Assembly: GCA_039936115.1 (NCBI GenBank)
Contig: JBDTIZ010000066.1
Coordinates: 1 to 56,162, forward strand
From: Gammaproteobacteria bacterium
Lineage (GTDB): Bacteria; Pseudomonadota; Gammaproteobacteria; DSM-16500
Reading direction: 5' to 3'
DNA length: 56,162 bases
Position 1 is the first letter of the stretch. Each line of letters opens with the position of its first letter. Positions 47,906 through 56,162 of the stretch are shown piece after piece. The position numbers and the translations under genes were made by a program. The notes beneath the pieces are model-generated. The model had not been told where the DNA came from. It did not search any database and saw nothing but the letters and a program-made list of their open reading frames with translations.

Positions 47906-49993
47906 TTAGCTTAAACTACCCGCATGTAAAAAAGTCTCAATATGAATTCTCTCTTGAGTTATGCCTTGCGATTTCAGCAGAGTCTCAATTGCCATCTGAT
48001 ATCGTTTGTGACCACAAACATAGAATTTTGCTCCAGGAAATTCAGCTAGTATTTTAGCTACTTTATCTTCAGTTAAAATACCATCTTCATCCGTTTTTCT
48101 AAAATGAACACTAAAATTAGGATGTGATTTCTCTATAGTTAAAAATTCATCTGAAAAAATTAATTCTTTTTCAGTATCCGCTGAATAATCAATATGAAAT
48201 TTTCCCTGATAATTTTTGACATCTAATGAACGCGCGAATGCGACTGCAGGAGCAACTCCTATACCGCCTGCAAAAAACACGATGGGAGAATTCGACCTTA
48301 CATCAATCGTAAAATTTCCTTGTGGTTTGGATACACGTATCAATGGTTCTTCCGCCTCATTCAGAAAGAGCCAGTGAGAAAAATATCCATGCGGCTCTTC
48401 TTTAACTACAATTTCGTAGTATTCATCATGATCTGGAACGGATATTAAAGAATAATATCTCTCTACCCAATGATCTTCTATCAAAGCCTGAATAATGACT
48501 ATTTGGCCAGGTTGGTAAGATAATATTTTATTTTGATGCGGTTTAAGGCGATACAAGTGAATTGATGGTGTTAAAGGAATGACTTTGTCTATATAAACCA
48601 GTGTCCACTCCGCTTTACCTAAAAATTCGTTTATTTTATATCGGCAAGCACCACAGACAGTTCCAGCACCGGTAACCTTAGATACCTCTTCAAGCTCTTT
48701 TAGACCAGTACGTATCACGTTTTTTATCGTACCTACTTTAATTCTCATGCAATAACAAAATATTTCATCGTCATTGAAATTATTAACAGCTTTTTCATGA
48801 ACGAAGTTGCCTGTTTTTTGGAATAATTTAATTTCCAAGGGTTTTATTGCTTTATTATCTAATAGTAAACTACACGCATGACTTAACTGCTCCCATATTC
48901 CAATGCTTGTGATGCCAATCAGTTTATCATCAGCAAGAATTATTTCACGTGTAATCCCTGATGGTTCTTCATATCGTAATACTTGTGGTAGCTTTATCTC
49001 TTTCACTTCCATCATCGTAAAAATGTTTTTTCCTAAAGCCTGCAGTGCGATTATTTGTCGATTATCAAAATCATAAGTGGTTTTTATTGCATCCAAATCC
49101 AGAAATTTACTTTTCGCAGCCGAAGACACAATACCACGACGAGGAATTGCATACATGCGTTGCATAGCTTCTACCCATGTTTGCAAACGTGGATTTGCCC
49201 AATATACATCATAGAAAATTTTACCCTCGACAACTAAAAGCTCAGTTTCGCCACATGTAATAGCAGTGCCTTCTCTCGTTATTCCTTTTAGAACACCTAA
49301 CTCACCGAATAGTTGTTCTTGTCCTATCTTAACAACAACATCAGCGGTTTCTTTCTCATATTTCAGGTAAATTTTTACTTCACCAGACATGATAAAATAC
49401 ACATGGTGTGCCTCGTCACCTTGAGAAAAAATAACGTGCTTATCTGGATATTGATAGACACGACCCGTCAGTTGGTTAAATAAATTTTCAGGAATCGATT
49501 GAAAAAGTGGTGATTTAGTCAGTATCTTTTTGATTAACTGTTCATGACCGATAGTTTTAAGGATTTTTTTCAACTGTTGATTTTCATATAATGAAGGGTG
49601 CACATCAGAATAGAAAATTTTTAAAAGTTCTACATCACTTAATGCCTTGATGCTTGCATTACGTCGGCCCAAGCTTTCATCCACCAATGCTTGCTCGCCA
49701 AAAAAACTGCCTTCTTTCAAACAAGACAATGGAATTTCTTCACCTTCAGCATTAATACTGAAAACACAAACCTCGCCTTTTTCTAGCAGAAAAAAAGAAT
49801 CGCCTATTTCGCCTTCTTTTAAAATTAATTCGCCTGATGAAAAACTTACTTTTTTAGCAGCTTGATACAATTTCTTAAATTCTTTTCTGTTTAAATGCTC
49901 AAATAAGCCGGTTTTTTTTAAAACTTTTTTTACTTTATTTCCCAATACAAATTTTCGAAATTTTTCTTTAATTATTTTTTGTATTGAGCTCAT
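47906..49993 (-). CDS. multidomain reductase: 2x cyclic-nucleotide-binding, linker, BFD-like [2Fe-2S], and FNR-type FAD/NAD(P)H oxidoreductase domains
   Basis: The cNMP-binding beta-barrel motifs are GEIGDSFFLLEKGEV...FFGEQAL and GDEAHHVYFIMSGEV...LFGELGVL. The BFD-type cluster is CYC...GAGTVCGAC. The FNR motifs are RYYSL, FFAGGIGVAPAVAF and YVCGHKRY. Confidence 0.8.
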   Translation of the reverse strand: MSSIQKIIKEKFRKFVLGNKVKKVLKKTGLFEHLNRKEFKKLYQAAKKVSFSSGELILKEGEIGDSFFLLEKGEVCVFSINAEGEEIPLSCLKEGSFFGEQALVDESLGRRNASIKALSDVELLKIFYSDVHPSLYENQQLKKILKTIGHEQLIKKILTKSPLFQSIPENLFNQLTGRVYQYPDKHVIFSQGDEAHHVYFIMSGEVKIYLKYEKETADVVVKIGQEQLFGELGVLKGITREGTAITCGETELLVVEGKIFYDVYWANPRLQTWVEAMQRMYAIPRRGIVSSAAKSKFLDLDAIKTTYDFDNRQIIALQALGKNIFTMMEVKEIKLPQVLRYEEPSGITREIILADDKLIGITSIGIWEQLSHACSLLLDNKAIKPLEIKLFQKTGNFVHEKAVNNFNDDEIFCYCMRIKVGTIKNVIRTGLKELEEVSKVTGAGTVCGACRYKINEFLGKAEWTLVYIDKVIPLTPSIHLYRLKPHQNKILSYQPGQIVIIQALIEDHWVERYYSLISVPDHDEYYEIVVKEEPHGYFSHWLFLNEAEEPLIRVSKPQGNFTIDVRSNSPIVFFAGGIGVAPAVAFARSLDVKNYQGKFHIDYSADTEKELIFSDEFLTIEKSHPNFSVHFRKTDEDGILTEDKVAKILAEFPGAKFYVCGHKRYQMAIETLLKSQGITQERIHIETFLHAGSLS

Positions 49994-50001
49994 AGTTAAA
50001 T

Positions 50002-51621
50002 TTATCTCGGCAGAAAAAATGAGACATAGGTTTCATTTGCGACATGTCGATAAAACAAGGATTGAATTGAAGTTTCATCTAATCGTTTCGAACCAAAAGG
50101 CATTAACATCTCATCTCGCCGCTTCCAGACACTAGGTGCAAGCCATGGTTGTAATAAAATTATTTTGAATGCAACACATGATAACATTCTTTGTAATAAC
50201 ATAGGAAAAAGCCTATCTTTCTGAACTTTTTCTGCGATTAAACCAACATAAAATTCTACATCATCGACAGATTTATAATGCTTATGCAGTGCTTCAACCA
50301 CCGATGGATCTGGGTTGATCTCTTCAAAACTTAATGCCCTAAGCAAACCCATTCTTTCTCGATAATCATTATAAGTCGCTAAATTAGCTTGACGCCCTGC
50401 TTCAATTGTATTTTTTTCTGCAGGCAGCAAGAAAAATGGCGTATTTTGTGGTCCAAAAGGACAAATGGGATATCTTGATAACTGATCAACTACGGCATCC
50501 AATCCATGTTGTACGACGAAATCAGGTCGATATAACACGGATGCAATTGGCATTTCCTTGCTATTAAATTTCATCGTGTCTGGTACGAATGAATGGAAGC
50601 GATACAGATGATTCCATTCGATTGGAACACGTGTCACACTGCCAAAAGACCACTGTGGACCTGTTAATACTTCAGGCGAAAATGGAATATCCATTGCTAA
50701 ATGATGTCCATTGTGTCGTCCGATGTAGTCTACCACAACAATTTTATTTAATATCAGCGTGCAAATATTTCGTGCGGTTTGATACAAGCGCTCATCATCC
50801 CAATCGGGATATATTTTTTGTAACTCATCACAAATTTGATTATGTTCTCGCAAAAAAACGATTCCCCAAACCATTGCACCAGGCGTTGAATTAATTTGAA
50901 TTTGGCCAAATGCAAATAATGTCTCAGAATCAATAACGCCTCTATCAGTATTATTTATAGCTGCATGTGTTGCCGTTCTTTGCAAAAAAGCACTCATTAA
51001 AGGAGATTCTTTGATTTCAGGTAAATCTTTTATATACATAGGATATTCTTGGCCATTGATTTTTTGACTTTTAAGTTTTCCTCCAGACATGGATCGCAGA
51101 ACACGGCGGGTTTTTTCATCATTACCATACACTGTATTTACATTTGCTGTACTTGTTGGATAGAGCCCAGAACGCCCATGATGAGTAGGATCTGTTAATA
51201 GAAATCCTGCGGCAAACCATTGCGCAAAACCCCCAAATAATAAACTGCTGTTTCGATCCGTATGCTGTGATGAATCAGACTTATGTCTTCTTAAAAAAAT
51301 ATCTTTGACTAACTCATCAACGGGGGGATATTTATAATCGGCGGCGCGGGGTTTTTCAGGCAACATACGTGCGTAATAACTATAATCTTCGATGCCATCT
51401 ACCGTCACGTAAGGATGTTTGGTGGTGTAAGGAAAAGGATAAACAGCGCCACTTCCAACTAGATTATATAAAAAGCGCCGTGAATATTTTTTTAAACCCG
51501 GCGTATTTAAGAAGATATACCACAAGACTTTGAAATGGGTTAATAAGTATTGAAAAAATGCAATTCGCATTTGGAGAAGTTTTCTCTTTAAAATAGAAAC
51601 CTTTTTTTGGGAGGGGTCCAT
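50002..51621 (-). CDS. cyclooxygenase / alpha-dioxygenase / linoleate-diol-synthase-like haem protein (animal haem peroxidase superfamily)
   Basis: LLFGGFAQWFAAGFLLT aligns to COX FAFFAQHFTHQFFKT. VYGNDEKTRRVLRSMSGGKLKSQKINGQEYP aligns to COX IYG(D/E)xLxRQxxLRLFKDGK(L/M)KYQxxxGExYP. EWNHLYRFHSFVPD aligns to COX EFNxLYHWHPLxPD and the alpha-DOX YRMHSLLPD, which carry the catalytic Tyr and the proximal His. The stop lies 8 nt before the reductase gene start. Confidence 0.7.
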   Translation of the reverse strand: MDPSQKKVSILKRKLLQMRIAFFQYLLTHFKVLWYIFLNTPGLKKYSRRFLYNLVGSGAVYPFPYTTKHPYVTVDGIEDYSYYARMLPEKPRAADYKYPPVDELVKDIFLRRHKSDSSQHTDRNSSLLFGGFAQWFAAGFLLTDPTHHGRSGLYPTSTANVNTVYGNDEKTRRVLRSMSGGKLKSQKINGQEYPMYIKDLPEIKESPLMSAFLQRTATHAAINNTDRGVIDSETLFAFGQIQINSTPGAMVWGIVFLREHNQICDELQKIYPDWDDERLYQTARNICTLILNKIVVVDYIGRHNGHHLAMDIPFSPEVLTGPQWSFGSVTRVPIEWNHLYRFHSFVPDTMKFNSKEMPIASVLYRPDFVVQHGLDAVVDQLSRYPICPFGPQNTPFFLLPAEKNTIEAGRQANLATYNDYRERMGLLRALSFEEINPDPSVVEALHKHYKSVDDVEFYVGLIAEKVQKDRLFPMLLQRMLSCVAFKIILLQPWLAPSVWKRRDEMLMPFGSKRLDETSIQSLFYRHVANETYVSFFLPR

Positions 51622-51769
51622 GGCTACATCCTTTAGACTTTCTTAAATAGCTTAGCGCATTTTAGATGTATTGTGTTATTTAATTATAAGACAGTCTTTT
51701 CAGATTCGCTATTATCATTTGCATATGAAATAATAACTTAAGTTATTACGCCTATTTACAATCAATGTT

Positions 51770-52795
51770 ATGATTATTTATAGAATGGAGTATGGTCCCA
51801 TGAATAAGCTTCTAAAGTTTTTACCACGAATTATTCCTGGCTTTCCTATCATCCTGAACACCCAAACTGAGATTTTTAAAGCAGAAGAATCGGGTGATTT
51901 GTCTTTTGGTATGATTGATACACCCAATCACCCTCAACTGCCCTCAAGAATTCGTTATATTGTTTCGTTGCTGTACGAGCATCCAGATGGCAATGATCAA
52001 AATCTATTTATCCATCTTAAAGATCATGATACTTATCCTCCTTCTGAGGAAAGGAAGGCTGCAAGACAAGAAACCTGGGAAAAGCTAAACGCTGTTCTCC
52101 AACAATTGAAATCTATGGATGATCAATCATCGGCATTATTACGCTATATTAGCTCAGCTAAAAACAAGGAGCTGTATACTCCCGATCTTGAAGCACAAGC
52201 AAGAATCGAATTGATTACGATGGTTCTACATCAATGGAATGACAAAATTACCATTGATTTAAAGTTTCTTGAATGTCAGGACGTATTTGTGACTGCCAAA
52301 GCTCATATACTGAAGTCTGTACTTTTTCCTGATCGTGATGCATTTGAAAAGGCGAAAAAATATATGGCAACAAAGGTGGGAAATAATCCTACTCTCTATC
52401 ATCATTCTTGGGGTATTGGCATAACATTATGGGGCGGGATTAAAAAACTTTATGAAGAAATTGAAAAACCTGCATTTAAATCAATGCTACAAAAAGGTGA
52501 ATGGTCCCCTGCTGGATTTTTGGCGCAATTTAATGTGCCGCCTAAATCAGAATTTCGTGTTGCCTCTCGCAAAACGAACTTAGGTGGCGTTCTTCCTTAT
52601 CAAATTAATCGTGGTAAATTTGTAATTCTGGCAAGCAGTAGTGCTGCCGAAAACGTGGAAGGACTCTTCTTAAATTCTTGTAGCGCTGCTAATTTTATTT
52701 TAGATCTTATTACATTTCTTGTTTTACGTAATAATACAGCTGACTCAGAAAAAATTTGTCCCTATAAAAACACTATTACAAGACCTCTTTACTAA
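51770..52795 (+). CDS. hypothetical protein (start uncertain: 51770, 51785 or 51800)
   Basis: Long ORF of ~330-341 aa with no recognisable motif. It is divergent from the COX-like operon. Confidence 0.55.
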   Translation: MIIYRMEYGPMNKLLKFLPRIIPGFPIILNTQTEIFKAEESGDLSFGMIDTPNHPQLPSRIRYIVSLLYEHPDGNDQNLFIHLKDHDTYPPSEERKAARQETWEKLNAVLQQLKSMDDQSSALLRYISSAKNKELYTPDLEAQARIELITMVLHQWNDKITIDLKFLECQDVFVTAKAHILKSVLFPDRDAFEKAKKYMATKVGNNPTLYHHSWGIGITLWGGIKKLYEEIEKPAFKSMLQKGEWSPAGFLAQFNVPPKSEFRVASRKTNLGGVLPYQINRGKFVILASSSAAENVEGLFLNSCSAANFILDLITFLVLRNNTADSEKICPYKNTITRPLY

Positions 52796-52821
52796 AACCA
52801 AGACTCAAACAAGGATAGTTT

Positions 52822-53943
52822 ATGACAATATCAAATCGATATAGTTTATTTTGGTTATTAACATTACTCCTCTTATTTTGCAGCACAATAAATTTAGCTT
52901 GGGGATGTACTGGCATTCAGATTAAAGCCAAAGATGGATCTATTGTAAATGGTCGCACTATTGAGTTTGGATTAAATCTAGAGCTAGGTGGAGTTATTGT
53001 TCCAAGAAATTATCAATTTAAAGGTACGTTACCTGATGGAACTGCGGGTCTTGTCTATACGTCCAAATATGGTGCGGTTGGCGGTGGAATGTTTGGCGAA
53101 GCAGCAATCGCAGATGGCATTAATGAGAAAGGCTTGGCGATAGGAGATTTTTATTTTCCGGGTTATGCAAGCTATGCGAAGATTACGCCAGATAACAAAA
53201 AGAAAGCGTTATCGCCTACAGAATTTTCAAACTGGATTTTGACGCAATTTGCGACGGTTGATGAAGTAAAGCAAGGACTACAATCCGTTGTTATCGCACC
53301 AACAACTCCAAAAGGTTGGCCTGTTTTACCGCCGTTTCATTATATTGTTTACGATAAAACGGGTAAAAGTATTGTGATTGAACCGATCAATGGGCAATTA
53401 AAAGTTTATGATAACCCATTGGGTGTTTTTACTAATTCTCCTACATTTGATTGGCATATGACAAATTTAGCTAATTATGTCAATCTTTCGACAGTCAATG
53501 TCGCGCCGATTAATTTTAATGGTGTTGAGTTACAACAGTTCGGTTCGGGTTCCGGACTACACGGATTGCCAGGGGATTTTACCCCGCCTTCACGTTTTGT
53601 GCGCGCCGCTGTTTTTTCAAGCGCTGTTATTCCCGCGGATAATGCAGAACTCTCTGTATTTCGAGTATTTCATTTATTGAATCAGTTTGATATTCCGATT
53701 GGAGCGGTACGTCAAGATCAAGGTACAACCATGATTCCGGAATATACATTAGCCACGGTAGTGAGAGATCCGCAAAATTTGAAATTTTACTTCAGATCTT
53801 TTGACGATCAAACGATTAAAATGGTGAATTTAAACTCGTTTGATTTGAATGCGAAAGATATTAAAACATTTACTATGAATGGTGCTCAGCAAGTGATGGA
53901 TATTTCTAAGTCTGTAGTTACGTATTCTGGTAATAAAAATTAA
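52822..53943 (+). CDS. secreted Ntn-hydrolase of the choloylglycine hydrolase / linear amide C-N hydrolase family (PVA/BSH/NAAA-acid ceramidase relatives)
   Basis: The signal peptide ends LAWG/CTGIQIKAKDGSIVNGRTIEF, so the nucleophile Cys would become residue 1 after cleavage. NSPTFDWH and GLPGDFTPPSRF motifs are typical of the CBAH family. Confidence 0.8.
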   Translation: MTISNRYSLFWLLTLLLLFCSTINLAWGCTGIQIKAKDGSIVNGRTIEFGLNLELGGVIVPRNYQFKGTLPDGTAGLVYTSKYGAVGGGMFGEAAIADGINEKGLAIGDFYFPGYASYAKITPDNKKKALSPTEFSNWILTQFATVDEVKQGLQSVVIAPTTPKGWPVLPPFHYIVYDKTGKSIVIEPINGQLKVYDNPLGVFTNSPTFDWHMTNLANYVNLSTVNVAPINFNGVELQQFGSGSGLHGLPGDFTPPSRFVRAAVFSSAVIPADNAELSVFRVFHLLNQFDIPIGAVRQDQGTTMIPEYTLATVVRDPQNLKFYFRSFDDQTIKMVNLNSFDLNAKDIKTFTMNGAQQVMDISKSVVTYSGNKN

Positions 53944-53983
53944 GATGATATTTGCGACTACTGACAAGCTACGTCCGAATTGA

Positions 53984-54007
53984 CCACCGTCATTGCAATG
54001 ACGGTGG
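53984..54007. terminator. perfect 24-nt palindrome downstream of the Ntn hydrolase gene (possible terminator, no U-tract)
   Basis: CCACCGTCATTG/CAATGACGGTGG, followed by a G-rich run. Confidence 0.35.
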
Positions 54008-54123
54008 TGGGTGGGGGAAGAAAAGGGGCATCTTAAGCGACTGGTCCGCCGCGCCGCGCTTGGCTTATGCGCTTATTACTCGCCTTACTCACGAAATAGC
54101 AGTAAAATGATGATTAGACATTC

Positions 54124-56162
54124 ATGAATATATGGATAGTTATGCCTAATGCATTGAATGACATTATTACCTCAGCGATTAAACAATGCGGTGTATTTAG
54201 CACACTGCCTGAATCCAAAATTATTGAATTACTTCCAGACCTAAAAAAAATTAAACTCGAAAAAGGCCAAATCCTATTTAACCAGGGCGACGACTCTAAT
54301 CTTGTTTATGTCGTTATCAGCGGTAAATTATCTGCCTTCTTCGTATCTTCAACTGGCACGTTTAAAACAATTGGAATTATTGAACCGCCTGAACCCATTG
54401 GTGAGTTTGGTGCATTATCTGGCGAGTCGCGCAGTTTGACTATTCGAGCGGATATTGATACTGAATTAGTTGCAATGTCTTCTGAGCACTTCAAAAAGCT
54501 TTGTCAGGAATACCCTACTATCTTGCTTGATACTGTTAAACCCATTATTACTCGTTCGTTAAAGACGATACGATTATTTGAAGAACCTGTACTGGACACT
54601 GAAGCTGAAACCTTAGCTCAAGTAAATAAATTATCCGATGCAGATCGCAACCTTTTAGAAGCCATCAAGCGAGCTAAAGTATTCATCAGCGTAGAAGCAA
54701 CTCGCATTATTCAACTGCTTCCACACTTTAAACAAGTGAAACTAAGCGCAGGTAAAATACTTTTTCGTCAAGGCGAAGATTCTGACTACATTTACATTGT
54801 CGTCAAAGGTAAATTATCCGCCGTTTTAACAACAGCCCGAGGCGAATATAGAACACTTGGAGTAATTGGGCCGGGTGAAACAGTTGGAGAACTTGGTGTG
54901 TTATCGGGCTTCGCTCGCAGCTTAACGATTGGCGTATTAGAAGAAGCAGAATTAGTTGGATTACCAAGTCCTATCTTTAGACAATTATGCCAAAAGTATA
55001 CTTCGGTTTTATTAACAACTGTAGATCCTATTATTAATCGTGCATTACAGACAATTAAACTGCTGCAAGGTGAAAAATTAATTGAAAATTCAGTTTTATT
55101 TCCTGCCACCCAGAATTTTGATTTTACATCTTTCAGACAACAAATTGAAGAACATGTGTCACAGCTTAAACCCATGAAACTCATTTCAAAAAATCCCACC
55201 GATCCACATGAATATTTAAAATTAGAACGCATTTCAGAAAAAGATGGCACAAAAACACATGTTTTTTTCCTCGAGACAATTGAGAAAATTGCATTACAAT
55301 ATCTCACAGAAAAAGTTAGCAAATTTTACTTAGTTGCCGATGGCACTAAAGAAGTTCACATCGACGAATTTGCTACTCAAGTCTTAAAAATTATTTCCAG
55401 CTTTCCTCATGTCAAATTATTTTTGGTGTTAGTCTATCCCGATGGCACGAAAACACCTAAACGTACAAATGCTTGGTTAAGTCAAAAATTAGATTTTCAT
55501 TTGCATCATCATGTACGTAAAAATCGACATGAAGATTTTCAACGTTTATGCCGATTTATGAATGGTTCTGCGGTGGGTGTCGTATTTGGTGGTGGTGGCG
55601 CAAAAGGTCTTGCGCACATTGGTGTGATAAAAGCATTAATGGCAAAAAATATTGATATTGATGCGGTGGGTGGCACCAGTATTGGTGCACTTGCAGCTGC
55701 GAGCTTTATATTGAATACACGATTTGACAAAATTGATAAAAATTTCAGATGGATGTTAGAAAAGTGTTATGACGTTCTTTCGTATCGCCATTTAGTTTGG
55801 CCGATTGTTTCTTTACTAAGTTCAAATCCTATTACTGAATCGGCTATAAACTTTTTTAATGATACAAGAATTGAAAATATGTGGCTTCCTTTCTTTTGTA
55901 TTTCCGCTAATTTAGCTGAAAACCGAGAAGAGGTGCATAGAACGGGTTTACTCTGGCAAGCTTTAAGAGCCAGTGCATCAACGCCAGGTGTTGTTCCACC
56001 CGTCGTCATCAATGGTCAACTTCATCTTGACGGCGGTTTGTTGAATAATCTACCCGTCGATGTGATGAGAAATTTGTTAGGCCCTGGCTGCAAAATAATT
56101 GCGTCAAAACTGTCTAGCAGTGAACATGATTTATCACAATATGATTTTCCACCTACCTTGAC
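54124..56162 (+). CDS. cyclic-nucleotide-binding (x2) patatin-like phospholipase (NTE/RssA-like), 3'-partial and running off the window
   Basis: Manual frame read from ATG 54124 (alternative 54142). The cNMP motifs are GDDSNLVYVVISGKL...IGEFGALSG and GEDSDYIYIVVKGKL...VGELGVLSG. The patatin motifs are VVFGGGGAKGLAHIG (oxyanion), GTSIGAL (GxSxG) and HLDGGL (catalytic Asp). It is absent from the ORF track because no stop is reached. Confidence 0.85.
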   Translation, partial: MNIWIVMPNALNDIITSAIKQCGVFSTLPESKIIELLPDLKKIKLEKGQILFNQGDDSNLVYVVISGKLSAFFVSSTGTFKTIGIIEPPEPIGEFGALSGESRSLTIRADIDTELVAMSSEHFKKLCQEYPTILLDTVKPIITRSLKTIRLFEEPVLDTEAETLAQVNKLSDADRNLLEAIKRAKVFISVEATRIIQLLPHFKQVKLSAGKILFRQGEDSDYIYIVVKGKLSAVLTTARGEYRTLGVIGPGETVGELGVLSGFARSLTIGVLEEAELVGLPSPIFRQLCQKYTSVLLTTVDPIINRALQTIKLLQGEKLIENSVLFPATQNFDFTSFRQQIEEHVSQLKPMKLISKNPTDPHEYLKLERISEKDGTKTHVFFLETIEKIALQYLTEKVSKFYLVADGTKEVHIDEFATQVLKIISSFPHVKLFLVLVYPDGTKTPKRTNAWLSQKLDFHLHHHVRKNRHEDFQRLCRFMNGSAVGVVFGGGGAKGLAHIGVIKALMAKNIDIDAVGGTSIGALAAASFILNTRFDKIDKNFRWMLEKCYDVLSYRHLVWPIVSLLSSNPITESAINFFNDTRIENMWLPFFCISANLAENREEVHRTGLLWQALRASASTPGVVPPVVINGQLHLDGGLLNNLPVDVMRNLLGPGCKIIASKLSSSEHDLSQYDFPPTL

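Noticed and set aside
54030-54100. Locally GC-rich patch (..GGTCCGCCGCGCCGCGCTTGGC..) upstream of the patatin gene, considered as an sRNA, riboswitch or gene remnant.
   Set aside because: I could not discern a convincing secondary structure, ORF or known motif. It may simply be promoter-proximal DNA or a relic.
54306-56012. Four minus-strand track ORFs (54306-54494, 54792-55322, 55539-55730, 55767-56012).
   Set aside because: All are antisense to a continuous plus-strand frame with textbook cNMP-binding and patatin motifs. Their own translations are low-complexity and motif-free.

Overview
The window is AT-rich gammaproteobacterial DNA. A Legionellales-like origin is my guess, based on an lvh/lvr-style T4SS module with a csrA paralog; I cannot verify it.

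Layout:
- 1-9.3 kb: conserved core. It holds yacG-zapD-coaE-pilD-pilC-pilB-pilin on the minus strand, two orphan genes and a family of REP-like palindromic repeats.
- 9311-9383: tRNA-Thr(CGU). It marks the start of a roughly 38 kb accessory island.
- 9.4-31.8 kb: island cargo. (a) A complete His-Xaa-Ser (HxsADBC) radical-SAM peptide system. (b) A convergent operon encoding a hybrid histidine kinase, an orphan family-5 peptide-binding protein and an S9/DPP-IV peptidase, next to a response-regulator/XRE pair. (c) A tight 10-gene plus-strand operon built around an AfsA-type (gamma-butyrolactone/butenolide synthase) hotdog protein, with an OYE ene-reductase, two SDRs, an NQO-type flavoprotein, DUF2867, an MFS exporter and a split PEP-synthase/rifampin-phosphotransferase-like kinase.
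- 31.8-45.4 kb: conjugation module. It contains an XRE repressor, a CsrA paralog, an LvrA-like protein, VirB2-B11 (including an untracked VirB7 lipoprotein ORF), SSB, a candidate oriT, a replication-relaxation-like protein and a VirD4 coupling protein.
- 46.0-47.8 kb: the module ends at an IS256-family element with no target-site duplication, followed by a truncated TauD/TfdA gene. No integrase or canonical relaxase is visible.
- 47.9-56.2 kb: a cyclooxygenase/alpha-dioxygenase-like haem protein co-transcribed with a reductase (2x cNMP-binding, BFD-type 2Fe-2S and FNR domains), an orphan gene, a secreted Ntn (choloylglycine/NAAA-family) amide hydrolase, and a 3'-partial cNMP-gated patatin phospholipase.

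Best candidates for an undescribed system:
- the AfsA-centred small-molecule operon;
- the cNMP-gated COX-like/reductase pair within a lipid-hydrolase neighbourhood;
- the Hxs system together with the adjacent peptide-sensing two-component module.

All family calls come from motif reading by eye. No database search was run.
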